Source of the DNA: an uncultured Candidatus Saccharibacteria bacterium
GTDB taxonomy: Bacteria > Patescibacteriota > Dojkabacteria > SC72
Length of the DNA: 64,000 nucleotides
Direction: 5' to 3'
Assembly (NCBI GenBank): GCA_964621195.1
Contig: CAZULJ010000001.1
Location: 97,200-161,199, forward strand
Below are positions 17,968-27,852 of the stretch, piece after piece (positions within the stretch are counted from its first letter, which is position 1; each line of letters starts with the position of its first letter). The position numbers were made by a program, and so were the translations under genes. The notes beneath the pieces are model-generated. The model was not told the DNA's origin. It was given only the letters and a program-made list of their open reading frames with translations, and ran no database searches.

Positions 17968-19056
17968 ATGATTACACCAAAATATACAATAACAAATCTA
18001 ATACTAAGCTATATACTAAAATATGAGCTAAGTATTGATAAAATAAGGAATACTCCAGTACCACAATCTACTCTTTCAACGATATTAGAGAAATATCATG
18101 CGGATGAGATAGATAAACTTGGTGAATTAATCTCATACCCAATTGGTTACAACAAAGCACTCACGGTAGAAAGAGGACAGGTATTACCTTCATACAGAAA
18201 TAAACTAAGAATATTTACAAACTTTAAAAATGCACAAGACTTCTTAGACACATACACAATAAAGAGCGCACTAAAACCATCAATAGAACTCTCTACACAC
18301 ATTAACAAGATCCTTATGAAAAATATTGTAGAAGAGTGGGATCTATCAAGAATAAAGAGCTTCTCTGAAAAACCATACGACCTCTATGATAACTGGTATA
18401 AACTCAGAGACTACTACCCAAATATTGATATGAAGACATACTTCAATGAGCTGTTTTCGTGGATATCAAGTTCATCCTCAGGAACTCATAAATTAATACA
18501 ACTAGCCATCCTACTCTATGAGTATATGGATAAGGCACCATTCTATGCAGGAAATCAGATAACAGCAATACTGACAATAAAAGCATTAGCAAAGATATAT
18601 AACCTAAATCCACATAACTTAATACCCTACTCTAAAGCACTCTTTTTAATAAGCGAAGAGTTAGAATCTGCATTCAAGATTTCAAAAGGAAAAAGGGATC
18701 TAACAATCTTCATAGAAGCAATCCTCTATACCTTATCCCTAACTACAATTGAGGTATCCAGGGAATTCTTTGAAACATATGAGGAAAAGATGAATATAAG
18801 AAAAAAGATTGGTAAAGATTTAAATAGCAGACAGGCAAAAATAGTTGAATATCTTCATAACAATGCAAGAGTTACTAGACAGCAATATACTAAGATGATG
18901 GGAGTCTCATTTATGACTTCATACAGAGACCTACAAGAGCTTTTAGACAAGAAATATATAATACAGAAAGGGAAAGGAAGAGGTACATACTACATAATAC
19001 CTGACTCTAGTGATACAATATCTACTAGTGACGATGATATTACAATCTTCTCTTAA
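17968..19056 (+). CDS. Fic-fold protein with degenerate motif and C-terminal DeoR-like wHTH
   Basis: MITPKYTIT N-terminus, KAPFYAGNQITA in place of HPFxDGNGR, LNSRQ...TSYRDLQELL...GKGRGTYY. Confidence 0.75.
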   Translation: MITPKYTITNLILSYILKYELSIDKIRNTPVPQSTLSTILEKYHADEIDKLGELISYPIGYNKALTVERGQVLPSYRNKLRIFTNFKNAQDFLDTYTIKSALKPSIELSTHINKILMKNIVEEWDLSRIKSFSEKPYDLYDNWYKLRDYYPNIDMKTYFNELFSWISSSSSGTHKLIQLAILLYEYMDKAPFYAGNQITAILTIKALAKIYNLNPHNLIPYSKALFLISEELESAFKISKGKRDLTIFIEAILYTLSLTTIEVSREFFETYEEKMNIRKKIGKDLNSRQAKIVEYLHNNARVTRQQYTKMMGVSFMTSYRDLQELLDKKYIIQKGKGRGTYYIIPDSSDTISTSDDDITIFS

Positions 19057-19115
19057 TTGAGATATTTAGAGAGAATTGATATCATCACCTACTTTTACTT
19101 TATAAATACCGTACA

Positions 19116-20633
19116 GTGGAATCTTCGAAATATGATGTAATCATTGGATTAGAAATACATATACAGACAAAGACTCAAAGTAAAATGTTTTGTAGCTGTC
19201 CAACCAATTACTTCCATAAGGAACCAAATACACATGTATGTCCAGTATGCCTTGGGTTACCAGGAGCATTACCAGTACCCAATAGGAGAGCAATTGAGCT
19301 GTGTATATTAATGGGTCTTGCAACAAATTGCGATATAGAAAAAGAGATTCATTTCGATAGAAAACACTACTTTTACCCAGATTTACCCAAAGGATACCAA
19401 ATTAGTCAGTACAAAAGACCAATATGCTCCGACGGTTACCTTGATGTAAAAGATCAAAGTGGAGGCACAAATAGAATTGAGATTGAGAGAATCCATCAAG
19501 AGGAAGATGTTGCAAAATCTACACACCATACAGAGTCTACAACTGGACAGGAATACTCCTTAATCGATTACAACAAGTCTGGGATGCCATTGATAGAGAT
19601 AGTAACAAGGCCTAATATCCGAAGCGCATATGAAGCAAAGGAGTTTGCAACAAAGGTAAGACAGATAGCAAGATACCTTGGTATCTCCGATGCTGATATG
19701 GAAAAGGGCCAAATGAGATGTGAGCCAAATATTTCTGTACAGGAAAAAGGTAAGTGGGAATACAAAGACGGAAAAATCTTACCAATTGGTGACTACAAAT
19801 TGATACCAAAGGTAGAGATAAAAAATATTGGATCGATATCTGCAGTAGAGAAATCTATCACCTATGAGGTAGATAGATTGATAAAAGAACTCGAAGAAGG
19901 TAAAAGCATTAAACAGCAAACAAGAGGATGGGATGCGAATAGGAATGTAACTGTATTCCAGAGATCTAAAGAAACAGCAGATGATTACAGATATATGCCG
20001 GAGCCAGACATTCCTGTTGTAGATGTTACACAGGAGGATATTGATCGAATAGCTGAAGAGATAATTGAGCTTCCAGATGATAAAAAGAATAGATACATTA
20101 CAGATTACAATCTCTCCGAGTACGATGCGGGAGTTCTTACCTCTGATAGAGATATCTCAACATATTATGAAGATTTACTCGCACTTGTTTCAAGTAGAAT
20201 TGATATTAAAGATGCCCCTAAAAAGGCTGCAAACTGGTTAACAGGTGCAGTATTTTCGATTGCGAACGATCATAATTTAGAAATTAAGGAAGAGAATATT
20301 TCAAAAGAAGATATAGCGAAATTAATAGTTGCATACGAAGAAAAGATCGTAACTAGAAATAAGGCGGAAGAATTACTTAGAGAATCGATAGAGAATAACA
20401 AAGATCTCGGAGATTTAATCGAACAGACAAAAGAGCAAGCCCAATCTGTTACTAATAACTTAGAATCAATAGTCGAAGAGGTCCTTTCAGAAAATTCTAA
20501 AGCTGTAGAAGACTTTAGGGCTGGTAAGCAAGCCTCCATTGGATATCTTGTAGGACAGGTTATGCAAAAGACCAAGGGCAGTGCAGACCCAAATATTGCT
20601 AAATCAATTTTGATGGAGAAGTTAAATGGATAA
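19116..20633 (+). CDS. gatB: Asp/Glu-tRNA amidotransferase subunit B
   Basis: IGLEIH, FDRKHYFYPDLPKGYQISQ, DYRYMPEPD. Confidence 0.96.
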   Translation: MESSKYDVIIGLEIHIQTKTQSKMFCSCPTNYFHKEPNTHVCPVCLGLPGALPVPNRRAIELCILMGLATNCDIEKEIHFDRKHYFYPDLPKGYQISQYKRPICSDGYLDVKDQSGGTNRIEIERIHQEEDVAKSTHHTESTTGQEYSLIDYNKSGMPLIEIVTRPNIRSAYEAKEFATKVRQIARYLGISDADMEKGQMRCEPNISVQEKGKWEYKDGKILPIGDYKLIPKVEIKNIGSISAVEKSITYEVDRLIKELEEGKSIKQQTRGWDANRNVTVFQRSKETADDYRYMPEPDIPVVDVTQEDIDRIAEEIIELPDDKKNRYITDYNLSEYDAGVLTSDRDISTYYEDLLALVSSRIDIKDAPKKAANWLTGAVFSIANDHNLEIKEENISKEDIAKLIVAYEEKIVTRNKAEELLRESIENNKDLGDLIEQTKEQAQSVTNNLESIVEEVLSENSKAVEDFRAGKQASIGYLVGQVMQKTKGSADPNIAKSILMEKLNG

Positions 20634-20922
20634 AAATACACTTAATCACATAGCAGAGCTTTCTAGAATAAATCTCTCCGATCAGGAATTAGAGAAATTT
20701 ACACCACAAATGCAAACAATATTAGAATCTGCAAAGCAGTTGCAAGACATAGATACTAGTGGGGTTCAAGCAATGAAAAAGCATGTTCCTTTTACAGAGC
20801 TAAGGAGTGATAATATTCAGAATGGTCTCTCACAGGAGGAAGTCTTGCTCAACTCCCCTCACAAAGAATCTGGTTGTGTAAAAGTATATGGAAAGATCTT
20901 TGGTGGTATAGAAGAAAGCTAA
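20626..20922 (+). CDS. gatC: Asp/Glu-tRNA amidotransferase subunit C
   Basis: HIAELSRINLS...LQDIDTSGV...LRSD; overlaps gatB. Confidence 0.85.
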   Translation: MDKNTLNHIAELSRINLSDQELEKFTPQMQTILESAKQLQDIDTSGVQAMKKHVPFTELRSDNIQNGLSQEEVLLNSPHKESGCVKVYGKIFGGIEES

Positions 20923-20965
20923 TTTTTGTCAAAAAGTAATATCTTTAGTAAAATACTGCTGTTCG

Positions 20966-21051
20966 GCCGAAGTGGCGAAACTGGCAGACGCACATGCCTT
21001 AGGAGCATGTTGGGATAATACCCAGTGCAGGTTCAACTCCTGTCTTCGGCA
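20966..21051 (+). tRNA. tRNA-Leu(TAG)
   Basis: CATGC-CT-TAG-GA-GCATG anticodon arm, long variable arm. Confidence 0.93.
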
Positions 21052-21075
21052 TATTAATACAAATAACAACATAAC

Positions 21076-21318
21076 ATGTATAAAAAACTTATATCTCCCT
21101 TCCAGAACGTCTTACTTGAAAAAAGAATGTGTGTAGGATGTACAAATCCACTTGATAAGGCAAAAAGATTAGGGAAAATCTCTGAAAGAAGAGATATGGT
21201 CGAATGTAAGTGTAGAAGAAGGTATATATTTAACAAAGAGTTAAATGAATATCAAAGAGCAAGTTTCCAAGAGGAGCAACAATTCTTAAAAGAACTTTCC
21301 AAAAGGCCGTCCTTGTAG
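21076..21318 (+). CDS. Small hypothetical protein, probable Zn ribbon
   Basis: CVGC ... CKC; lies between two tRNAs. Confidence 0.65.
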   Translation: MYKKLISPFQNVLLEKRMCVGCTNPLDKAKRLGKISERRDMVECKCRRRYIFNKELNEYQRASFQEEQQFLKELSKRPSL

Positions 21319-21337
21319 TAAAATCTTTTCCAGGTAT

Positions 21338-21413
21338 GCCGCTATCGTCTAGTGGACTAGGACGACAGGTTTTCATCCTGTAAACCGGAGTTCGATTCTC
21401 CGTAGCGGTACCA
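21338..21413 (+). tRNA. tRNA-Glu(TTC)
   Basis: ACAGG-TT-TTC-AT-CCTGT anticodon arm, encoded CCA. Confidence 0.94.
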
Positions 21414-21438
21414 ATTCTAAAATATTAGCCCCAATAGA

Positions 21439-22044
21439 ATGTACGATTCATCAGATAGTGAAGTTAGTGGAAAGGTTACTGCAACAGAATTTCTTGGATC
21501 AATTGGTAGCTTTATTTCCTCCTTTATAGAAACAGTTGTAGTTGCACTAGTACTTGCAGTAGTTCTCTATCTTTTCATAATGACTCCACATGAAGTTGTT
21601 GGTAATTCAATGTTCCCTACATACAAGAATGGAGAATATCTAATGGCTAATAAAATAACATACAAATTTACAGAACCACAAAGGGGAGACGTTGTGATAT
21701 TTAAGTACTCTGATACACAGGATTTCATTAAGAGAGTAATTGGTGTACCTGGAGATACAGTTATGATTAAAGATGGAAAGATATATATAAACGGAGAGCA
21801 ATTAGATGAATCCAACTATCTTGCAGAAACAGTCGTTACAAATGGTGGATCATATATACACGAAGGACAGAGTGTAGAAGTACCTAGTGGAGAGTATTTT
21901 GTTTCAGGTGACAACAGACCTAATAGCTCAGATTCAAGAGAGTTTGGACCTGTCTCAAAAGAAAGAATCAAGGGTAAAGCCTGGATAGTTTACTTCCCAT
22001 TCTCTGAATTTAGACTAGTAACCCACGAGGAGTACAACAAGTAG
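21439..22044 (+). CDS. lepB: Signal peptidase I
   Basis: GNSMFPT, FIKRVIGVPGD, GDNRPNSSDSREFG. Confidence 0.95.
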   Translation: MYDSSDSEVSGKVTATEFLGSIGSFISSFIETVVVALVLAVVLYLFIMTPHEVVGNSMFPTYKNGEYLMANKITYKFTEPQRGDVVIFKYSDTQDFIKRVIGVPGDTVMIKDGKIYINGEQLDESNYLAETVVTNGGSYIHEGQSVEVPSGEYFVSGDNRPNSSDSREFGPVSKERIKGKAWIVYFPFSEFRLVTHEEYNK

Positions 22045-22076
22045 ACTCTATTTGTGAAACATGCTAGATTATACAA

Positions 22077-22868
22077 ATGAAGATATTCGTAATAGCTAAT
22101 CAAAAAGGTGGAGTTGGTAAGACAACCACAACGATAAACTTGGGAGCAGCTCTAGCCCAAAAAGGTAAAAAAGTTTTACTAATTGACCTTGATCCACAAG
22201 CAAACCTTTCCTCTGGTGTTGGATTTACACAACAATTTGATAAACATCATTGGAGTTCTACAGAAGAAGCTCCGTATAAAAGTATATATGACGTTTTAGT
22301 TAATTCTGCAGAAATACCAAGGGTATTTGTATCAACTTCCACACCAAACCTTTTCTTAGTTCCATCACATCTTTCCCTCGCCGGAGCAGAGATAGAGATG
22401 GTAAATATGTTAGCAAGAGAAACTCTTCTCAAAAAAGCTTTAGAGAAAGTTGAAAGTGATATAGATATTGTACTGATAGATTGTCCACCATCCCTAGGTT
22501 TACTAACAATAAATGCATTAAGTGCAGCTGACAATCTATTGATACCTATACAGTGTGAATATTTCGCACTGGAGGGCCTAGGACAGCTCGTAGAGACCAC
22601 AAAGTTAATAAAAGGTATCAATCCTTCTCTAGCAATAGGAGGTGTCATATTAACGATGTTTGATAGTAGGACAAAACTTTCATCCAGTGTTGTCGAAGAT
22701 GTAAGAGAATTCTTTAAAGAAGTAGCATTCAAATCAATCGTGCCTAGAAATGTAAGACTCTCTGAAGCCCCATCACATGGTAAGACGATTTTCCAATATG
22801 ATCCGAAATCTTCGGGTGCAAATGCATATGAAGATCTTGCAGAGGAATTTTTAAAAAGATTTTTTTAA
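22077..22868 (+). CDS. parA: Chromosome partitioning ATPase ParA/Soj
   Basis: NQKGGVGKTTT, DLDPQAN, DCPPSLG, PRNVRLSEAPSHG. Confidence 0.96.
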   Translation: MKIFVIANQKGGVGKTTTTINLGAALAQKGKKVLLIDLDPQANLSSGVGFTQQFDKHHWSSTEEAPYKSIYDVLVNSAEIPRVFVSTSTPNLFLVPSHLSLAGAEIEMVNMLARETLLKKALEKVESDIDIVLIDCPPSLGLLTINALSAADNLLIPIQCEYFALEGLGQLVETTKLIKGINPSLAIGGVILTMFDSRTKLSSSVVEDVREFFKEVAFKSIVPRNVRLSEAPSHGKTIFQYDPKSSGANAYEDLAEEFLKRFF

Positions 22869-22886
22869 TTTTTTAGATACTTAAAA

Positions 22887-23747
22887 ATGGCAGAAACAAG
22901 ACTCGGAAAGGGATTAGCAGCATTAATAGACTCCAAGGAAATAGATAACTCAAGTAGTGCATATAGAGAGAAGTTTGATATAAACAAAATCTCCCCTAAT
23001 CCATTCCAACCAAGAATGAACATCGACCCTGAGGAGTTGATAAGCATTGCAGATTCAATAAGGGAGCATGGAATAATACAACCTCTCATTGTAACTAAGG
23101 ACAAATCTTCGGATGGGTATTTCATAATTGCGGGAGAAAGAAGATTTAGAGCTGCACAGTTAGCTGGACTAAAGTATGTACCCGTAGTAATTAAGGATTC
23201 TTCTCCACAAGAGATGCTTGAACTTGCATTAATTGAAAATATACAAAGAAAAGATTTAAACCCACTTGAGGAAGCAAACTCATTCTTACAATTACAAGAT
23301 GAGTTTGGACTTTCACAGGATGATATCGCTAGAAAGGTCGGTTTAAATAGGGTTACAATAACAAATAAGATTAGATTACTTAAGTTACCAGATGAGGTAA
23401 AAGAGGTAGTCCTAAATGAAACTATTAGTGAGGGTCATGCAAGAGCCCTACTTGGAATAAGAGATGAAGAATCACTCATCGCTGCAACAGATATCGTCAT
23501 TAAAAGAGGTTTGAGTGTTAGACAAACAGAATCTCTTGTAAGAAAGATTAACTATGGTAAAAGTGCTAAATACAAAAAAGTACAAACAGGTAATCCTGAT
23601 CTTCTACTCTATGCCGAAGAACTGAGTAAGAAACTCGGCTACTCAACAACAATTAGAAAGATGAGTAAGGGTGGAAAGATACAGATAAGGTTTGTAACAA
23701 AATCAGACTTAGAGGAAATACTTAAGAAGCTAGGATTAGAGATTTAA
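22887..23747 (+). CDS. parB: Chromosome partitioning protein ParB/Spo0J
   Basis: LGKGLAAL, NPFQPR, IAGERRFRA, ENIQRKDLNPLEEA, GHARALL. Confidence 0.96.
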   Translation: MAETRLGKGLAALIDSKEIDNSSSAYREKFDINKISPNPFQPRMNIDPEELISIADSIREHGIIQPLIVTKDKSSDGYFIIAGERRFRAAQLAGLKYVPVVIKDSSPQEMLELALIENIQRKDLNPLEEANSFLQLQDEFGLSQDDIARKVGLNRVTITNKIRLLKLPDEVKEVVLNETISEGHARALLGIRDEESLIAATDIVIKRGLSVRQTESLVRKINYGKSAKYKKVQTGNPDLLLYAEELSKKLGYSTTIRKMSKGGKIQIRFVTKSDLEEILKKLGLEI

Positions 23748-23748
23748 A

Positions 23749-24498
23749 CTACTTAGAGGTTACTTCTTGTCTAAGTTTTTCATACAGAAGTACTGCAGCA
23801 CTTACACTTACGTTTAGAGAACCTATACCCTCTCTCATGGGGATAGATATCTTCTGATCAGCACGCTCAAGCATACCAGCTGAAATACCAACATCCTCAG
23901 CTCCAACTACAAAAGCACATGGACCTGTAAGGTTACTCTCAAAATATGTTTCTCCATCCATATGAACTGCAAATACCCTTATATCATTCTTCTGTAGCTC
24001 TTTTATAGCACTAAACAAACCCATCTCAACAATAGGGATTCTCTCTGCAGCACCCATTGATACTCTCATAGTTTCATCGTTAACAAGACTTACATCTCTT
24101 GGTGCAGTAATAATACCATTAACACCTACAGCAAAAGCACTTCTCATAATAGCTCCAATGTTTTGGGTATACTTAACATCGTCTAATATTATAAAGAAAG
24201 GTATTTTCTGTTCAGAATAAATACTCTCTAAAAGCTCATCTAATGACCAATAGTTTTGGGAAATCATCATTCCAACAACACTCTCAGAAGCAGAAGCTTT
24301 TAATCTTCTGGTCAATGTCTTTCTTGGAACTCTAATAATTGGAATGTTTTTTTTGTTAGCAAGTTCAACAATATCCTTTGTTTTTACATCTCTGTATGCA
24401 GTACTTGCAAGATATATACGCTCAAATTCCCTACCCTCTTTCAGTAGTTCAAGTAAGGCATTCTTACTCTCTATTTGGATAAAATGTTGTTTTGCCAT
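23749..24498 (-). CDS. TrmH/SpoU family rRNA methyltransferase (RlmB-like)
   Basis: NIGAIMRSA, VVGAEDVGI, ISIPM...SLNVSVSAAVLLYE. Confidence 0.9.
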   Translation of the reverse strand: MAKQHFIQIESKNALLELLKEGREFERIYLASTAYRDVKTKDIVELANKKNIPIIRVPRKTLTRRLKASASESVVGMMISQNYWSLDELLESIYSEQKIPFFIILDDVKYTQNIGAIMRSAFAVGVNGIITAPRDVSLVNDETMRVSMGAAERIPIVEMGLFSAIKELQKNDIRVFAVHMDGETYFESNLTGPCAFVVGAEDVGISAGMLERADQKISIPMREGIGSLNVSVSAAVLLYEKLRQEVTSK

Positions 24499-24506
24499 GG
24501 TATCTC

Positions 24507-24773
24507 TTAAAGAGATTCTACCACATCGATATAGAACTGTCCCCTCTTAAAACCACTCATTCTTCTAAACTTTACAAGGCCATCAATCTTAGCATGAATA
24601 GAGTAATCTTTAGACATATATGTATTTTTACCAGGATGATACACAGACCCTCTCTGCTTTACAATAATGTTTCCAGATTTTACCTTCTCTCCTTCAAACT
24701 TTTTGACTCCGAGTCTCTTACCTTCTACATGACCACTCATTGAGACACTTCCAGCTCCTACGACATGTGACAT
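24507..24773 (-). CDS. rpmA: 50S ribosomal protein L27
   Basis: KRLGVKKFEGEKVKSGNIIVKQRG. Confidence 0.93.
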   Translation of the reverse strand: MSHVVGAGSVSMSGHVEGKRLGVKKFEGEKVKSGNIIVKQRGSVYHPGKNTYMSKDYSIHAKIDGLVKFRRMSGFKRGQFYIDVVESL

Positions 24774-24797
24774 TTCTCTGTGTATTCAAATTAAATA

Positions 24798-25973
24798 TTA
24801 TCTCTTGGATAGTATAAAAATATTCCTTGTGATGATACTATTATTCCGTTTCCATTTCAAGTCCCCTTTTGTATATTTTCTATTAACTACTTCCCACTTT
24901 TTATCTATAACTTGGCTTACATTCAAACCCTTTTCTCCTGTCGTTGTTCTATACGATGGAATTACTATAACAGCAGTAAATCCTGAATTAACAACCTGAT
25001 CAAGAATAGTAAATAAATGCTTGTATAAACTCTCCACATCTTTAAGTAGAAGAGAAGCCTTACTATCAGTTAATATCTTCTTTTGAGGAGGACCCATAAA
25101 TGGTTCACAAACAACTGCACTTATATTGGTCCTCTTAAGGTCTTTAATGAGCTTTCTTTCTACATTTTTTATATCCAAACCAAAAAGATTGTACCTAATT
25201 CCTGTAATTAATCCTTCATCTCTTAGCCATTGAATATTTCTATCCGAATTAAATATTGCCTTCTCATCTATATCAGACCCTAAAATATCAAAACCTAAAA
25301 CTGCAGCCTCCATTAATACTGTACCACTACCACAGAAAGGATCCCACAATATACCATCTCTTCTTCCAGTCAGATTACACATTATCCTAGCAAGTTTTTG
25401 TGGTAATACACCCATACTGTAATCTGATACAGGTTTGTCTAAATCTCTTTTAACAAAAGCCTCAACATCTTGAATACCAAGTGTTCTACCATATAGTTGT
25501 CCTGCCTTTGTATCAAATATACAGAATTCAAACCCTTCCTCCAGAATCAAATTGTTTCTGATCTGTGCCTCATTTAATTCCTTACCCTTTGGAACAACGA
25601 ACCTAGAGGATACACCCATCTCTTTAAATGATCTCTTGATATCATTAGATAATTTCTCAATAGATTTACGCTCAATGGCTGTATCATTTAGTACTGAAAT
25701 ACCAAATACAACCTTTTTGCTCTCAGAAAAAGAAGGTAAGAACTCTTCAAGGTTATCAATAATTAAACCGTATCTAATAAAGCCACCAAGCCTTTTAAAG
25801 ACCCTTTTTAGATCCTCAACCTCAATACTATTACTCTCTATGATAAAGATTCCATTACCCTGATTCTTAATACTATCCCTTATCAATCCATATGATTCAA
25901 AAACGCAAGCAAGCTCTGCTAAAGAGAGATCTACAAAATTACCACATTGAAAGAAATATCGCATCTTAATCAA
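24798..25973 (-). CDS. SAM-dependent RNA methyltransferase, Trm11/UPF0020-like
   Basis: LPQKLARIMCNL, WDPFCGSGTVLMEA, GSDID, VCEPFMG. Confidence 0.8.
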   Translation of the reverse strand: MIKMRYFFQCGNFVDLSLAELACVFESYGLIRDSIKNQGNGIFIIESNSIEVEDLKRVFKRLGGFIRYGLIIDNLEEFLPSFSESKKVVFGISVLNDTAIERKSIEKLSNDIKRSFKEMGVSSRFVVPKGKELNEAQIRNNLILEEGFEFCIFDTKAGQLYGRTLGIQDVEAFVKRDLDKPVSDYSMGVLPQKLARIMCNLTGRRDGILWDPFCGSGTVLMEAAVLGFDILGSDIDEKAIFNSDRNIQWLRDEGLITGIRYNLFGLDIKNVERKLIKDLKRTNISAVVCEPFMGPPQKKILTDSKASLLLKDVESLYKHLFTILDQVVNSGFTAVIVIPSYRTTTGEKGLNVSQVIDKKWEVVNRKYTKGDLKWKRNNSIITRNIFILSKR

Positions 25974-26298
25974 TAGACTTAACAGAAACTCGTGTTATCA
26001 ATGCTCTGTGTCCCTGAGATTTTCTGTATCTTGATTTTGATTTGTATTTAAATACATCTACCTTGTCATCCTTCTTTTGAGAAGAAATTTCTAAAACAAC
26101 CTTTGCACCTTCTACATATGGTGTTCCTACCTTTGTTTCATCACCATCTTGTACAAGTAGTACTTCCTTTATCTCAAGTATATCTCCCTTGTTTCCAGCT
26201 AATTTGTTTACTTCATATGCTTTTCCTTCGTAAACCTTTAACTGAACACCAGATATCTTAATTACTGCAAATTTTGTTGTTTCATTGGATTTAACCAT
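25966..26298 (-). CDS. rplU: 50S ribosomal protein L21
   Basis: FAVIKISGVQLKV...VGTPYVEGAKV...FKYKSKSRYRKSQGHR. Confidence 0.95.
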   Translation of the reverse strand: MVKSNETTKFAVIKISGVQLKVYEGKAYEVNKLAGNKGDILEIKEVLLVQDGDETKVGTPYVEGAKVVLEISSQKKDDKVDVFKYKSKSRYRKSQGHRALITRVSVKSID

Positions 26299-26310
26299 AA
26301 CTAATGGATT

Positions 26311-27639
26311 TTAATTTATAAATTCGTAATTGTCAATTATCTTACCATTATTTTGCTTTCTTTTACCAATATTTATTATACTTTGTATAATTCCAAATGA
26401 GAATAAAGTCATAACAGTTATACTTCCTCCTGCACTTACAAGTGGCAATGGTATACCTGTTGCAGGTATAGTACCAGTATTCGTACCAATATTTATAAAC
26501 ACTTCAAGAAGAAGTTTCATTGTAATACCGATAATAATCATTGCAAAGAAAGGATTATCAACATAGTTAACAGAAAGCAGTAGACATCGTACAACAAGTA
26601 CTCCAAACAAAGCCAGAAGAAATATCGACCCTAAGAGGCCAAACTCTTCTGCAAAAGATGCGAATATAAAATCCGTTTGATGTTCAGGTAAGAAATCTCT
26701 CTTACTTTGAGTACCATTACCAAAACCCTTCCCAAAAATCTGCCCAGAGCCTATGGCAATTCTTGCTTGATTAACATTAAATCCTAAGTCTTGAGCATTT
26801 TCATCAGGATTAAGAAATACCTCAATCCTATCTCTTTGATACGGTCTTAAAATCTCTGTATACAAAAGTGTAGAGAAAAGACCAAGAACAACGCTTAGAA
26901 TTACAGAGATAACAATAAAGGCTTTCCAACTATCTCTATAGTAGTATGCAAATATTGCGATTATCACTCCAAACAGTGCAAGTAAAAGAAACAACCAATT
27001 ACCTGTTACACTAATTAGGAAGAACGCAAGAGTAATTGATCCAATTATTAATAGGCTCACGCTATTTCTCAATTGGTTATTCAAGCCTGTAAAAGCAACT
27101 AAAAACCATATCAAAAGTGTAAGTATAGACATGCTACCACTTGGTTGGAGATATATTAGTATTACCATTGGTATCGTCAGAAGAAAGGATATTAGGAAAA
27201 GCAACCATTCATTGTATTTATCCTTGTAAGAAAGTACTGTGGCAGTAATTAGTATTACAGTGAATTTCGCAATCTCAGAAGGTTGAACTTGTATACCACC
27301 AATAACAAGCCAACGCTGAACATTGTTAACAACAGGACCTATTACAAGAACAAGTACTAACAAGGCAATTGTAAGAAGATATATTGCTAAAGAGAATTGC
27401 CATATTCTCAACAAAGAGACATCAATAAGTGATAGGAGAATATATGCTATGAAACCAACAAGAAGAAATGCCAACTGTTTGTTAACAATATCCATATCTC
27501 CAAAGAAACCCTCTGCAGTGATCGTTGTAGACAACAAAGAAACAATTCCTAATAACGAGATTAGTAAGAGTGGAATTAATATCAGCAAATCAACATTAAA
27601 CCTTTTCTTTTTTTCTGTTTCAATTCTCATCTTCTTCAA
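26311..27639 (-). CDS. SEDS family peptidoglycan polymerase (RodA/FtsW)
   Basis: QRWLVIGGIQVQPSEIAK, IAIGSG, LPEHQTDFIFASFAEEFG, TGIPLPLVSAGGS. Confidence 0.93.
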   Translation of the reverse strand: MKKMRIETEKKKRFNVDLLILIPLLLISLLGIVSLLSTTITAEGFFGDMDIVNKQLAFLLVGFIAYILLSLIDVSLLRIWQFSLAIYLLTIALLVLVLVIGPVVNNVQRWLVIGGIQVQPSEIAKFTVILITATVLSYKDKYNEWLLFLISFLLTIPMVILIYLQPSGSMSILTLLIWFLVAFTGLNNQLRNSVSLLIIGSITLAFFLISVTGNWLFLLLALFGVIIAIFAYYYRDSWKAFIVISVILSVVLGLFSTLLYTEILRPYQRDRIEVFLNPDENAQDLGFNVNQARIAIGSGQIFGKGFGNGTQSKRDFLPEHQTDFIFASFAEEFGLLGSIFLLALFGVLVVRCLLLSVNYVDNPFFAMIIIGITMKLLLEVFINIGTNTGTIPATGIPLPLVSAGGSITVMTLFSFGIIQSIINIGKRKQNNGKIIDNYEFIN

Positions 27640-27850
27640 TGAATATATACTTTACCTTACTTTTTAAACCCTTCCTTATTTTAATAGAAGATTTAGAGAC
27701 ATTAAAGTACTTAGAGAGGAGATCTATTAACTCAAGGTTTGCAGCGTTCTTTTCTGGAGTAGATTTAACATCGACGATAAAAGTCCCGTCATCCTTTTTT
27801 ATAATCTGAGAGATTTTCGATCTAGGAGATATATGAACCTCTATATTCAC
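27620..27850 (-). CDS. DUF167 (YggU-like) protein
   Basis: PEKNAANLELIDLLSKYFNVSKSSIKIRKGLKSKVK. Confidence 0.85.
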   Translation of the reverse strand: MNIEVHISPRSKISQIIKKDDGTFIVDVKSTPEKNAANLELIDLLSKYFNVSKSSIKIRKGLKSKVKYIFIEEDEN

Positions 27851-27852
27851 AA

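Noticed and set aside
22045-22062. GTGAAACA upstream of parA as a parS site
   Set aside because: Only one half of the TGTTTCACGTGAAACA palindrome is present.
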